Positions 20,837-30,355 of a DNA stretch of 64,000 nt are shown piece by piece (within the stretch, counting starts at the first letter, position 1; every line of letters starts with the position of its first letter). Source of the DNA: an uncultured virus (IMG/VR IMGVR_UViG_3300030294_000026) (taxonomy: Duplodnaviria > Heunggongvirae > Uroviricota > Caudoviricetes); IMG/VR virus record IMGVR_UViG_3300030294_000026, positions 1 to 64,000 of that record. One strand, given 5' to 3'. The notes beneath the pieces are model-generated. The model saw only the letters and a list, made by a program, of their open reading frames with translations. It did not search any database and was not told where the DNA came from. Both the position numbers and the translations under genes were made by a program.

Positions 20837-21980
20837 CAAAGATTCAGATGCATTTATTACCACAGATAATCCAGTTCTATTGAGAACGTATGAAAAATTG
20901 TTGGCTATATTTTGTGTTCAAAAATCAGCACAAAAAATTAAAGTCACTGAAAAAAGTCTTATTAAAGCAAACAAAGATGGTTTCGGAGATGATATAGGTA
21001 CAACTACAAATAGAATAACTGAAATGTTTGATATATTAGCTAAGTTTAAAGAAGACTCATTAGAATATAAGGAATTAATGTATCGTATAATGTGTGGACA
21101 ACATTATCAACAATGTGCGATAGATAAAATCAAGGGCATAAAATCTAATCCTATGCCTAAAGAATGGTATGATTCAAGAGTAAATAGGATTAAAGTAGAT
21201 ACTAATACAGGAGAAATATTGGATAATGAAGAAATTATAAAATTAAAAGAGTTTAATACAAAAATTGTAGCTGATAAAAAACCATATTTCTTTATATACA
21301 TATATCCTCAATTAAAAAATTCATATGATAAATTTATAAAAGAAACTGAAAATAAATGTATTACTCAGTTTGGAATTTCATTAAATGAATTATTCAAAAA
21401 GAAGAATAAAAATGAGATAGAAGAAAGTTTCATAAAATATTACAACTTAAAAAATCCAGTTAGTAATAATAATTGTGTAATGAATAAAATATGCAGAGAA
21501 ATAGAAAGAGAGTTTAAAGGAATTAAAAACAAATTAAACAAAACAAAGTTTGATTATACTGTTTTAAAAACAGATGAAAAATACACAAAGAATACTTATA
21601 ATAAAATAAAAATCATATATGAAGAATACATGATTGAGTTGTCACAATTTAAAATGTTGTCTAAAAAGAATAGAGTAGGTAAAGAAGATAAAAACGATGG
21701 AATGATAATATTAAAACAAAACTTCAAAGAAAAATGTCAAGAAGAATGTATTAATAAAGATGAACTTTGCAATATATTAGTTGATATGTGTTATAATACT
21801 GAAAAATCTAAACAATTCGTTTGGGATATGTGTGGTAATCAAATAATAAATAATTTATTACATAAAAATAATTTCATTATTAACTATCCTGAATTAGATA
21901 ATATTAATGGAGATGTAGAATTTGGTGGAGAAAACTTTATTCTAAATACTATTGAAATAAAGAAAGGAGAAGATAAATAA
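20817..21980 (+). CDS. yonO: YonO-like RNA polymerase, C-terminal part (+1 frame)
   Basis: DKDSD catalytic motif, DIGTTTNRIT, QQCAIDKIKG, KKPYFFIYIY; no RBS before its own ATG. Confidence 0.85.
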   Translation: MLRTVPDKDSDAFITTDNPVLLRTYEKLLAIFCVQKSAQKIKVTEKSLIKANKDGFGDDIGTTTNRITEMFDILAKFKEDSLEYKELMYRIMCGQHYQQCAIDKIKGIKSNPMPKEWYDSRVNRIKVDTNTGEILDNEEIIKLKEFNTKIVADKKPYFFIYIYPQLKNSYDKFIKETENKCITQFGISLNELFKKKNKNEIEESFIKYYNLKNPVSNNNCVMNKICREIEREFKGIKNKLNKTKFDYTVLKTDEKYTKNTYNKIKIIYEEYMIELSQFKMLSKKNRVGKEDKNDGMIILKQNFKEKCQEECINKDELCNILVDMCYNTEKSKQFVWDMCGNQIINNLLHKNNFIINYPELDNINGDVEFGGENFILNTIEIKKGEDK

Positions 21981-22768
21981 TGAAATTAGAATTAAATGAA
22001 AATAGTAAAATAAAAACAATATTAGAAGAAGGTATAGTATCAGATAAACCAAGTGAAACTATTAACTTATTGGCTAGACATTATAATAAGCAGAGTATGA
22101 ATCAAGAGCAAATAGTACAAGCAATAAATAAATTTATGATAAAAAATGATTCTAGTAAGTATAATAGTGTTACTTGGGAAGATTTAGTCGAAGGAATAGT
22201 AAAGACAGTTATAAAAAATAATAATGATTTAATAGAGGTAAAAGAAGTTAAGATGACTAAATCAGAAATAGAATATATTAAATCATTAGAAAACGAGAAA
22301 ATGCAAAAATTAATCTTTACATATTTAGTGTATGCTAAAATATTCAATCAAATAAATTCTAAAAATAAGAATTGGGTTAAAGGAGAATGTAGGAATGAAG
22401 TATTTAAAGACGCAGATATAAAAGAGACTGGGAAGGAACAATTAAAAACAATACATAAGTTAGTTAGTCTTGAAGTATTAAAGATAGCTAAAAATATAAC
22501 AAATAATAGTGTTAATTTAGATAATGTAATTAATGATAATAGTGAAGCAGAGTTAATAATAAACGATTTTAGAGAATTAGGATTACAATGGCTTAGATAT
22601 ATAGGTATAAAAGGTGTGTGTAGTTGTAGTGAATGTGGAACGCTATTTAAAAAGAAGTCTCCTAATAGTAAACAAAAAGTTTGCAACATATGTGCAAAAA
22701 ATATAAAGAATGAACAGAATAAAGGTTATTATCATAATTTAGGAAAATGTAAAACAACGTCTAAGTAA
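21980..22768 (+). CDS. RNAP-linked hypothetical protein with C-terminal Zn ribbon
   Basis: TAATG coupling to RNAP; CSECG..CNIC. Confidence 0.75.
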   Translation: MKLELNENSKIKTILEEGIVSDKPSETINLLARHYNKQSMNQEQIVQAINKFMIKNDSSKYNSVTWEDLVEGIVKTVIKNNNDLIEVKEVKMTKSEIEYIKSLENEKMQKLIFTYLVYAKIFNQINSKNKNWVKGECRNEVFKDADIKETGKEQLKTIHKLVSLEVLKIAKNITNNSVNLDNVINDNSEAELIINDFRELGLQWLRYIGIKGVCSCSECGTLFKKKSPNSKQKVCNICAKNIKNEQNKGYYHNLGKCKTTSK

Positions 22769-23078
22769 GTAATATCAACGCTTAACAGAGCTACCTCCAG
22801 TTTCCTATAGTGATAGGATATAAGCGATATTATTCCTGTCAAATACTTTTAATTTTTTCATTTTTCCACATCTACCTTTATAATTATTTTAACTCTCTCC
22901 TGACATTGGCAAGGTACAAACAGGTATTCTTGCCTTGTTAGAGAAAGAAAATATGATTGTGGTATGAATTGAATGGTAAAACAAAAATAAATTAATGTAT
23001 AAAACAATGCTTAATTCAACTGAAAAGTTGTTTTAAAATAAGCGTGACTGCTGAAAACGTCACTAGGAGGAATTAACA

Positions 23079-23636
23079 ATGTATTGCAAAATATGTAAGA
23101 AAGAAAAATTAGAACAAAAATTTTACAAAGGATTTAAAGAATGTAAAGATTGTTTAGAAGAGCATCTAAATAAATTACCTAATACCGTAGCTTATGAAAA
23201 AGTAAAAGATTTATTACAAAATAATAACTATGTTGTTAATGAAGAATTGTTACATAGTATTTTCTTTAGCGATGAAGATACTATAAGAGGAAAAAATAAT
23301 ATTGGTAGATTAGGTCATTATTTAAAGGATATAAATAGTCTTCCACAATATAATAAATATAGAATTAAAGTTGTTGAAAAATCAGATATAGACTTTATAA
23401 ATGATGATATTAAACAATTAAAGAAGAATATAGAAAATGCAATTCAAAAAGAAGATTTCAATGCACATAATAAATGGATGAACTGTTTAAGAGATGCTAT
23501 TGAGTTGAGAGAAACATTACTAGGAGGTAGTAAATATACTATTAATCTAGGTACAATTAATGTTAATAGTAGTAGTGCTGAAGATCTTATGAATGAAATA
23601 ATAAAATTAGCAGAAAAGAAAGTAAAATGTAATTAG
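23079..23636 (+). CDS. Chimeric protein: TerS(YonG)-like Zn domain, helical hairpin, tape-measure-like C-terminus
   Basis: Manual alignment to 36105 ORF N-terminus and 57696 ORF C-terminus; GGAGG RBS. Confidence 0.65.
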   Translation: MYCKICKKEKLEQKFYKGFKECKDCLEEHLNKLPNTVAYEKVKDLLQNNNYVVNEELLHSIFFSDEDTIRGKNNIGRLGHYLKDINSLPQYNKYRIKVVEKSDIDFINDDIKQLKKNIENAIQKEDFNAHNKWMNCLRDAIELRETLLGGSKYTINLGTINVNSSSAEDLMNEIIKLAEKKVKCN

Positions 23637-23675
23637 TAATTAAAACACGTTAAAATGTTTTAAAATATATTTTAG

Positions 23676-24230
23676 GTGGCGACTGACGCTAAGGAGATAA
23701 TAAATATGACAAATCAATTTTTAGAAAACGAGAAAATATCTTTAGAAGATAAAATTACAAAAGCTAGAGAAGGTAATAATGAAAATACATACAAGAATTT
23801 AATTCAAGCTTATGAAAGAGTTTTAGAATTGATTAGAAAAGAAAATGTATGGACAGATATGTATTCACATTATAAATTGAAAATTGAAGATGAGTTTCAA
23901 GACGTAGTATCTACGTGGAAGCAAAAGGGTGAAGACATCAAAGACCATAAGATTTATAAAATTGAAAAAGAAATAACAAATGATAATGAAAAAATAGGTA
24001 TAGCATTAAAAAGTATGTTTGAAAAATATCAAAGTAATGAAACTAAAAAAGCAATTGAATCTATAATAAAACGTAAAATAGATGAAGATGAAAGTTTTTA
24101 TGATGTATTAAAATCTTTATCAAATGAATGGGATGATTTTACTGAAAACAATAAGAAAAATATTAGTAGAACAATTGCAGGAATAAGAAATGAAGATTGC
24201 TTTAAAGCATTATTAGATAATTTAAAATAA
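23676..24230 (+). CDS. Protein with helical hairpin and tape-measure-like C-terminal segment
   Basis: FYDVLKSLSNEWDDFTENNKKNISRTIAGIRNEDCFKALLDNLK resembles TMP core; start probably ATG 23706. Confidence 0.65.
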   Translation: MATDAKEIINMTNQFLENEKISLEDKITKAREGNNENTYKNLIQAYERVLELIRKENVWTDMYSHYKLKIEDEFQDVVSTWKQKGEDIKDHKIYKIEKEITNDNEKIGIALKSMFEKYQSNETKKAIESIIKRKIDEDESFYDVLKSLSNEWDDFTENNKKNISRTIAGIRNEDCFKALLDNLK

Positions 24231-24336
24231 AATATAACTTTTAAGATAATAAATTAATGTATAAACAAATAGTAAATATCCCTATTAAGGGTTATAAAAT
24301 AAATTAAATTAGAGAGAAGAAAGAGGAGATTAAAAA

Positions 24337-24666
24337 ATGAGTAAAGTAAAAACAATTAAAAAGGACGAAATTTTAACAATTATTAAAGATGTATATGGAT
24401 TCTCTACAAAGAAAGAAGCTGAAACTAGATTTTGTGATTTGGATTCTTTAATAGAAGTTATTTCAAGTAATTTAAATGCTGGAGAAAAGGTTAATATAGG
24501 AAAGTATTTAGTTTTAGAAAAGAAGCATGTGGAAGCTAAACCATCTAAGAACGGAGAAATGACTAGAGTAATTGATGGAGTTAATACAAAAGTACCTTAT
24601 ACTACAGAAGCTAAACCAGAACACGATGAAGTTAGACTAAAATCAACCAAACAGTTAAATAAATAA
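24337..24666 (+). CDS. HU-family DNA-binding protein
   Basis: IKKDEIL..STKKEAE..GEKVNIGKYLVLEKKH..VRLKSTKQL; position matches SPbeta yonN. Confidence 0.75.
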   Translation: MSKVKTIKKDEILTIIKDVYGFSTKKEAETRFCDLDSLIEVISSNLNAGEKVNIGKYLVLEKKHVEAKPSKNGEMTRVIDGVNTKVPYTTEAKPEHDEVRLKSTKQLNK

Positions 24667-24683
24667 TAAATAGACCTTTGAGA

Positions 24684-24718
24684 AGGACTAGATTAGAAAT
24701 AATTAGTCCTTCTTTTTA
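24684..24718 (+). terminator. Intrinsic terminator
   Basis: AGGACTA...TAGTCCT followed by T-tract. Confidence 0.7.
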
Positions 24719-24814
24719 TATTAATCATAGAACTTATATTATTGTATAGGTTGTTAGTTAATATAAAACAAAAATATATACCGTATATATCGGTGGAGGG
24801 TTTGAGGGAGAATT

Positions 24815-26296
24815 ATGGGAGGAAAAAAGAATAAAGAAAATGAAATTGTAATAAGTTTAAATGGAAATCAATCACAAGAAGTAGTAGGCAGTAATATGAG
24901 CATTTCATATTTATCAGATACAGGTAGAAAATGTGTTTTAGTTGAATTAGGAATGATACAAAATAATGATATGGCTGACGAATATATACTAAATAAGGAA
25001 ATGTTAAATAATATTCCTATTAAAGAGTCAGATTATTGTTTTATGTTTCATTTACATTGTGACCATATTGGGCTGTTCCCGTCGCTATCTTCAATGGGAT
25101 TTAAAGGCAGGATAATAACAACAAAAACCAATGCAATATTATCTAAACCAATGTTAAAAGATTGCATTAAGATTCATGTAAAAAATTGTGAGTATTTAAG
25201 GGAGAATAAAGATAAATTTAAAAAGAAAATAAAAGGAAAAGTTAAAGAATTATTTGAAGAAAAAGACTTAGATAATGTAATGAGTATGATGGACGTTTAT
25301 GAATTAGATAACATACATCATTTAGATGATTATTTATCTTTTAGATTTACAAATAACTCACATATTATTGGTGCTACACAATTAGAGATTTTCATAAAGA
25401 AATTTGGAACAAATGTTGTAAAAAAGATTTGTATTACAAGTGACTTAGGAAATACAGATAATTATTCATATACATATTTTACAGAACCAACAATTCCAGT
25501 GTCTAGTTCAAATATTCTTTTCGTAGAAAGTACATATGGATTAGGAGATAGAAATTTCAACAAGAGAATTTGTATAGAAGAAAGAAAACAATTGGAAAAA
25601 GATATATTAGGATTTGTTAATTACAATCATTCATGTATGATACCATGTTTTGCTTTATCTAGGCTTAGCAATATGATGTGTTGGCTCTATGATACATTTA
25701 AAGATAGATGGGACATGTCTAAGCCAATTGTAATAGCAACTAATCTAGGTAAAAAAATAAATGATAAAATGTATGAAGTTTTGGATAATGAAGACTTGGC
25801 TTATTGGGATGAAGTTATGACTTGGAAAGCTTTTAAATTCATAAATGACAACAAGAGTTGTGAAGCGTTTGTTAATTCTAAACCAAAAAGCTATTTAGTT
25901 TTAAGTTCTAGTGGGATGATTTCGGGTGGGTTTAGTAATCTATTTGTTAATCAAATGTTACAAGATTCTCATAATGGAATATTATTTTGTGGATACTGCT
26001 CGCCAAATACAATAGGTGGTCAATTATTAGATGATAGTACAGATACAGTTATTGTTGATGGCAAGACATTAAAAAAGAGATGTATTGTGAAAAGATATTA
26101 TTCATTTAGTAGCCATGCATCACAAAAAGATATTATAAATTATATCAAACAATGTGATTGTCAAAAAGTAATATTACAACATGGTTCAAATGATGCAAAA
26201 GAAGAATTAAAGAAATTATCTGAAATAGAATTAAGCAAAATGAACAGAACAACAAAAGTTATTTCATCGTATAAGGATATGCAAATGACTTTATAA
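24815..26296 (+). CDS. Metallo-beta-lactamase / beta-CASP nuclease
   Basis: HLHCDH, SHIIGA, TSDLG, ESTYG, IPCFALSR, SSGM, FSSHA, LQHG. Confidence 0.9.
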   Translation: MGGKKNKENEIVISLNGNQSQEVVGSNMSISYLSDTGRKCVLVELGMIQNNDMADEYILNKEMLNNIPIKESDYCFMFHLHCDHIGLFPSLSSMGFKGRIITTKTNAILSKPMLKDCIKIHVKNCEYLRENKDKFKKKIKGKVKELFEEKDLDNVMSMMDVYELDNIHHLDDYLSFRFTNNSHIIGATQLEIFIKKFGTNVVKKICITSDLGNTDNYSYTYFTEPTIPVSSSNILFVESTYGLGDRNFNKRICIEERKQLEKDILGFVNYNHSCMIPCFALSRLSNMMCWLYDTFKDRWDMSKPIVIATNLGKKINDKMYEVLDNEDLAYWDEVMTWKAFKFINDNKSCEAFVNSKPKSYLVLSSSGMISGGFSNLFVNQMLQDSHNGILFCGYCSPNTIGGQLLDDSTDTVIVDGKTLKKRCIVKRYYSFSSHASQKDIINYIKQCDCQKVILQHGSNDAKEELKKLSEIELSKMNRTTKVISSYKDMQMTL

Positions 26297-26332
26297 AATA
26301 AATTAAAACATAATTAAAGGAGATAGAGAAAA

Positions 26333-26671
26333 ATGGGAAAAGCAATTAAAGTAGATTATAAAGGTATTAAAGCAGAATATAAAGATGGTGAATTTAAGGG
26401 AACTCTTGAAACATTAAATGAAGAAGGTACTGAAACTGTAGTTACTGAGGTAAACATAACAGATGAGGTAAAAGAATTATTAGCTTCACTTGAAGAAGAA
26501 GATACAATTGCAATTAATATTAAGAAATTTAAAGAAACAGTACCAAAAGAAAAACAACCTATCTTTAAATATCATTGTAGTTGTGAAGAAAAGGAAATAA
26601 AAAGTAAAAATGAAGGTTTACATATTCATTGTAATGATTGCGATGAAGACTTTACTCAAATTGATAAATAG
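26333..26671 (+). CDS. Hypothetical protein with C-terminal Zn ribbon
   Basis: YHCSC..HCNDC; AAGGAG RBS. Confidence 0.7.
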   Translation: MGKAIKVDYKGIKAEYKDGEFKGTLETLNEEGTETVVTEVNITDEVKELLASLEEEDTIAINIKKFKETVPKEKQPIFKYHCSCEEKEIKSKNEGLHIHCNDCDEDFTQIDK

Positions 26672-26727
26672 TGTAAAATGTTATTATATATAGTTCTAAG
26701 GGATTTACCTAAAAGTCCCTTTCCAAT

Positions 26728-26837
26728 AGTAGAGACAAATTAAGGAGTCATGACCTTAATTAAAATAGCTTATCTCAATCGGCTATGTCTCTATTTTATT
26801 AATGATTGAGAAATAAATTATAGAAAGAAGATTGAGA
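26728..26837 (+). ncRNA. Putative cis-acting 3-way-junction/pseudoknot leader, copy B
   Basis: P1 AGTAGAGAC/GTCTCTATT, P2 AATTAAGG/CCTTAATT, P3 ATAGCT/GGCTAT; loop TATCTCAATC complementary to GATTGAGA at 26804 and 26830. Confidence 0.65.
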
Positions 26838-26840
26838 AAA

Positions 26841-28271
26841 ATGAAAAAGATAAGTAGAAAAATAATTTTAGATAATTTACCTAGAATTAAAGAAAATAGA
26901 AATAAAGAACGTATAGATTGGAGAAATTCGATTGGATATACAATAAATTTTATATATGCTGAGGTAGAAGGTTCAGTTTATATAAAACAATATAATAATG
27001 ACAAAAGAGATTTGGTTATTGTATATAAAGGAGAAGATTTTCATATTACATGTGATAACCTTGCAAAATGTGCTTTTGGAAAAATTTTAGGATTAATGAC
27101 AAAAAACTTTAAAGTTGAAATAGGTACAAGATTTAAAGATAATAAAAGAGATATAACCATAACAGACAGAGAATATAGAAAAGATAAAAGGGGACAAAAT
27201 TGGAAATGGTATAAATACACTTGCAACACATGTAACTGGACAGAAGGTTGGGTTGAAGAAGGAAATTTGCAAAGAGGTGATAATTGTTCTTGTTGTCGTG
27301 GTCTTGTTGTTATAGAAGGAATAAACGATATACCTACAACTGCTCCTTGGTTAATTCCTTATTTTCAAGGTGGTTATAATGAGGCTAAATTGTACACTAA
27401 ATGGGGAACTGGAAACTCCAATAATTTTGGAGGTTATATAAATCCTGTTTGTCCAGATTGTATAAGAATCAAAGATAAAAAAATTAAAATTAGAGATATA
27501 TATACAAATAAATCAATAGGATGTATCTGTAGTGATGGTCAGAGTTTTCCTAATAAGACAATGTTTAATATTTTAGAACAATTAGGAATAGATTTTATAC
27601 CAGAATACAATCCAGAATGGATTAAACCTAAACGTTATGATTTTTATATACCTTCAATAAATAAAATAATAGAAATGGATGGACAATTTCATAAAAATAA
27701 CAATCAAATGAATGGACAAACTTCCAAAGAAAGTAATGAGTTAGATGAGTATAAAGATAATTTAGCAAGAGAACGTGATATAGAGGTTATTAGAATTGAT
27801 TGTGATTATCCTAACATGGAAACTAGATTTGAATATATAAAAAATAATGTAATTCATAATAGTAGATTAAATAATCTATTTGATTTGAGTAAAATAGACT
27901 GGTTTAAATGTAACGAATTTGCTTTAAGTAATCTAGTTAAAGTAGCTTGTGACTTATGGAATAAAGGAATATATAGTATAAAAGGAATATCTAGTATTAT
28001 GCATATAAATGTTACAACAACTAGAACTTATTTAAAGAATGGAACAGAAAATAGTTGGTGCAATTACAATGGTGAAAAAGAACAAAATAAAAATATTAAA
28101 CAAATGGCAAGTAAAATATCTAAACCCATAAAATGTTTAACTGATAATAAATCATTTAAAAGTATAGTTGAAGCATCAAAATATTATAATATGGGAGAAT
28201 CAACTATAAGCATGGTTTGTGGTGGGAAAAGAAAAACTGCGAAAGGTATGGTCTTTGAATATGAAATGTGA
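26841..28271 (+). CDS. Free-standing homing-endonuclease-like protein (Zn ribbons, PD-(D/E)xK/Vsr-like core, NUMOD1)
   Basis: CNTC, CSCC, CPDC; RYDFYI..IIEMDGQFH; FKSIVEASKY..ISMVCGGKRKTAKG. Confidence 0.8.
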   Translation: MKKISRKIILDNLPRIKENRNKERIDWRNSIGYTINFIYAEVEGSVYIKQYNNDKRDLVIVYKGEDFHITCDNLAKCAFGKILGLMTKNFKVEIGTRFKDNKRDITITDREYRKDKRGQNWKWYKYTCNTCNWTEGWVEEGNLQRGDNCSCCRGLVVIEGINDIPTTAPWLIPYFQGGYNEAKLYTKWGTGNSNNFGGYINPVCPDCIRIKDKKIKIRDIYTNKSIGCICSDGQSFPNKTMFNILEQLGIDFIPEYNPEWIKPKRYDFYIPSINKIIEMDGQFHKNNNQMNGQTSKESNELDEYKDNLARERDIEVIRIDCDYPNMETRFEYIKNNVIHNSRLNNLFDLSKIDWFKCNEFALSNLVKVACDLWNKGIYSIKGISSIMHINVTTTRTYLKNGTENSWCNYNGEKEQNKNIKQMASKISKPIKCLTDNKSFKSIVEASKYYNMGESTISMVCGGKRKTAKGMVFEYEM

Positions 28272-28386
28272 TTTATGTCAACATCAAAGAGTATGTTGGA
28301 TGTATAAAGACCATATTAGTAAAATAGTAGACGGTGGAATTCAAATAACTATAGATAAATGTAGAGAATTTGATGAAGTTAGATAA
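28261..28386 (+). CDS. 41-aa Cys-rich peptide
   Basis: MKCDLCQHQRVCWMYKDHISKIVDGGIQITIDKCREFDEVR overlapping end of upstream gene. Confidence 0.55.
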   Translation: MKCDLCQHQRVCWMYKDHISKIVDGGIQITIDKCREFDEVR

Positions 28387-28790
28387 GGCATATACTCGTT
28401 GAGATATGACCTTTTATATGGGTGGATAGTGGAGTGATTAAAACAACTAATTTATTAGGAAATTAAGAATCGTGTATTGGTAATACAAATCGAATAAGAA
28501 TAGCTTCGATTTCCGAGCTATCGGACATTAATATATAGCATTTGACCTAGTTAGGGTATGGATACTAATCTGCTATTCAAGGCGTTATTCGGATTATCGT
28601 CTTTAGTTATGTTTTTACATATGCTAAAAATCCGATACCAAAAGACCTCACAAGGCTATGACTTTTCACTTGATGTTTGTCGGGCTAAAGTTATCCTCAA
28701 ATAGTGCCAATTATTTATGATGATGAAGTACAAGTCATTATAATATCACGTAGGCTAGTGGTTATCCATATGGGCGTGAAAATAATAAAT
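28387..28790 (+). ncRNA. Candidate large structured noncoding RNA
   Basis: ORF-free, GC above surroundings, at least six hairpins and a possible long-range closing helix. Confidence 0.5.
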
Positions 28791-28861
28791 ATTTATAATA
28801 AAGATAATCCTTGAACGTTGATGATAATGTGCAAGGTATTTTTTAATGAATATTTAAAAAG

Positions 28862-29077
28862 ATGGAGAGATATGAGATGGGAGAAAAAGAATACAATCAA
28901 CAAAGAGAATCTAAGAAACATAAAAGAAGAGTACAAAAAGTTATATGTCCTAATGCAGAATGCAAGGCTAAAATTATAGTTGAAGATGAAATAGAAAATG
29001 GCAATTTTAGTGAAATATCAGGAGTTAAATTTATTGAGTGTCCGTCATGTGGACAAGACATTATAATTAAGAAATAA
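28862..29077 (+). CDS. Small Zn-ribbon protein
   Basis: CPNAEC..CPSC. Confidence 0.7.
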   Translation: MERYEMGEKEYNQQRESKKHKRRVQKVICPNAECKAKIIVEDEIENGNFSEISGVKFIECPSCGQDIIIKK

Positions 29078-29102
29078 AATAGTAATATGGGAGAGAATTA
29101 TT

Positions 29103-30335
29103 ATGGAAGAAAGGTATTTAAAATTAGAAGATGAGAGTAGAGAAAAATATATACATAGAATGTATTCTAATAAGGTTCAAAATAATTTAACAAATAGTCA
29201 AGTAAGAGAAATTGTAAATGAAGTATTAGATGTATCATGGCAAGAGAGCTATATGCGTGGTATTTTTAAAAACTATGAAATTGGATATTCTGAAGCATTG
29301 GAATCTTTAAAGAGTGAAAAAGAATGTAAAAACAAAATAGATGAAGTTGCAGAATTAATTGGTGAATTAGATTTAAAAAAGATGTTAGTTAGAAACGATA
29401 CAACTAAGCTTAATAAAATTAAAAGAGATTTTGTTAAAAATATTGAAATAGCAAATTACATAAATGAGTACATAGATAGAGAATGCGAAAACTTTTTGCC
29501 TTTATCTTATAAAAGAATAGAGAATGAATCAGAAAAAACATTAATAGTTGGAATTTCAGACTGGCATGTAGGATATGTAATTAAGGATTATAAAGGCAAT
29601 AGTTATAATTATGAAATTGCTAAAAAGAGATTAGCTAAATTCTTATCTGAAATTAAAAAGGAAATACATAAGAATGATATAACTAAGGTAATTGTAGTGC
29701 AAGCTGGAGATTTAACAGAAGGAATTTATATGCGTGGGCAAGATCAATCATACAGTTGTGAATTTAATAGTAATGAACAAATAGTTATGGCTGAAGAATT
29801 ATTATATGGCTTTGTTACAAGTATATCTGAAATGAAGGTAAATGTAGATTTATATTCAGTCGGTGGCAATCATCAAAGAGGAAACCAAGCTAACAAAGAT
29901 TCCAATATTGAAGGAGATAACAATAACTTAGTGATAGTTAAGAATCTAAAGAAGTGGTTTACTTTAGCTAAAAATGATAGAGTAAATGTTTGTGATATTG
30001 ATTTTAAAGAAGATTGTGGAGAATTTGATTTAGGATTTGGAATTATTAAAGTCAAACATGGCGACAAGAGTCCTAAAAAAGATAAAGATTTTTATAATAG
30101 TGAAGTTAGTATGAATAATACAAGATACTCAATGTTAATTAGGGGACACTATCATAATTTCAATATGAGTTCTCAAAATATGGGTGCATATGTGGTGACA
30201 ATAGGTTCATTATTCGGATTTAATCCTTATAGCGTAGATAAAGTTCAATGTACAACACATGCGAGTCAATCTCTAATTGTAGTTAACTATGATGGAGTTG
30301 AATATATCAGAGATATAAATTTACAAATAAATTAA
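29103..30335 (+). CDS. Calcineurin-like metallophosphoesterase (YonJ-like)
   Basis: SDWH, GD, GNH, HG, GHYH motifs. Confidence 0.9.
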   Translation: MEERYLKLEDESREKYIHRMYSNKVQNNLTNSQVREIVNEVLDVSWQESYMRGIFKNYEIGYSEALESLKSEKECKNKIDEVAELIGELDLKKMLVRNDTTKLNKIKRDFVKNIEIANYINEYIDRECENFLPLSYKRIENESEKTLIVGISDWHVGYVIKDYKGNSYNYEIAKKRLAKFLSEIKKEIHKNDITKVIVVQAGDLTEGIYMRGQDQSYSCEFNSNEQIVMAEELLYGFVTSISEMKVNVDLYSVGGNHQRGNQANKDSNIEGDNNNLVIVKNLKKWFTLAKNDRVNVCDIDFKEDCGEFDLGFGIIKVKHGDKSPKKDKDFYNSEVSMNNTRYSMLIRGHYHNFNMSSQNMGAYVVTIGSLFGFNPYSVDKVQCTTHASQSLIVVNYDGVEYIRDINLQIN

Positions 30336-30355
30336 AAATAAAATAAAGGATTAAA

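Noticed and set aside
20810..20850. Intron or intein in the RNAP catalytic motif
   Set aside because: Only one extra nucleotide separates the halves; no intervening sequence
24815..26296. Apyc1 anti-Pycsar assignment for the MBL protein
   Set aside because: It carries a full beta-CASP insertion and is about twice the size; RNase-type call is better supported
28746..28779. tRNA-like GTAGGCTAGTGGTTA segment
   Set aside because: Resembles a D-arm but no anticodon arm or TTCGA T-loop follows
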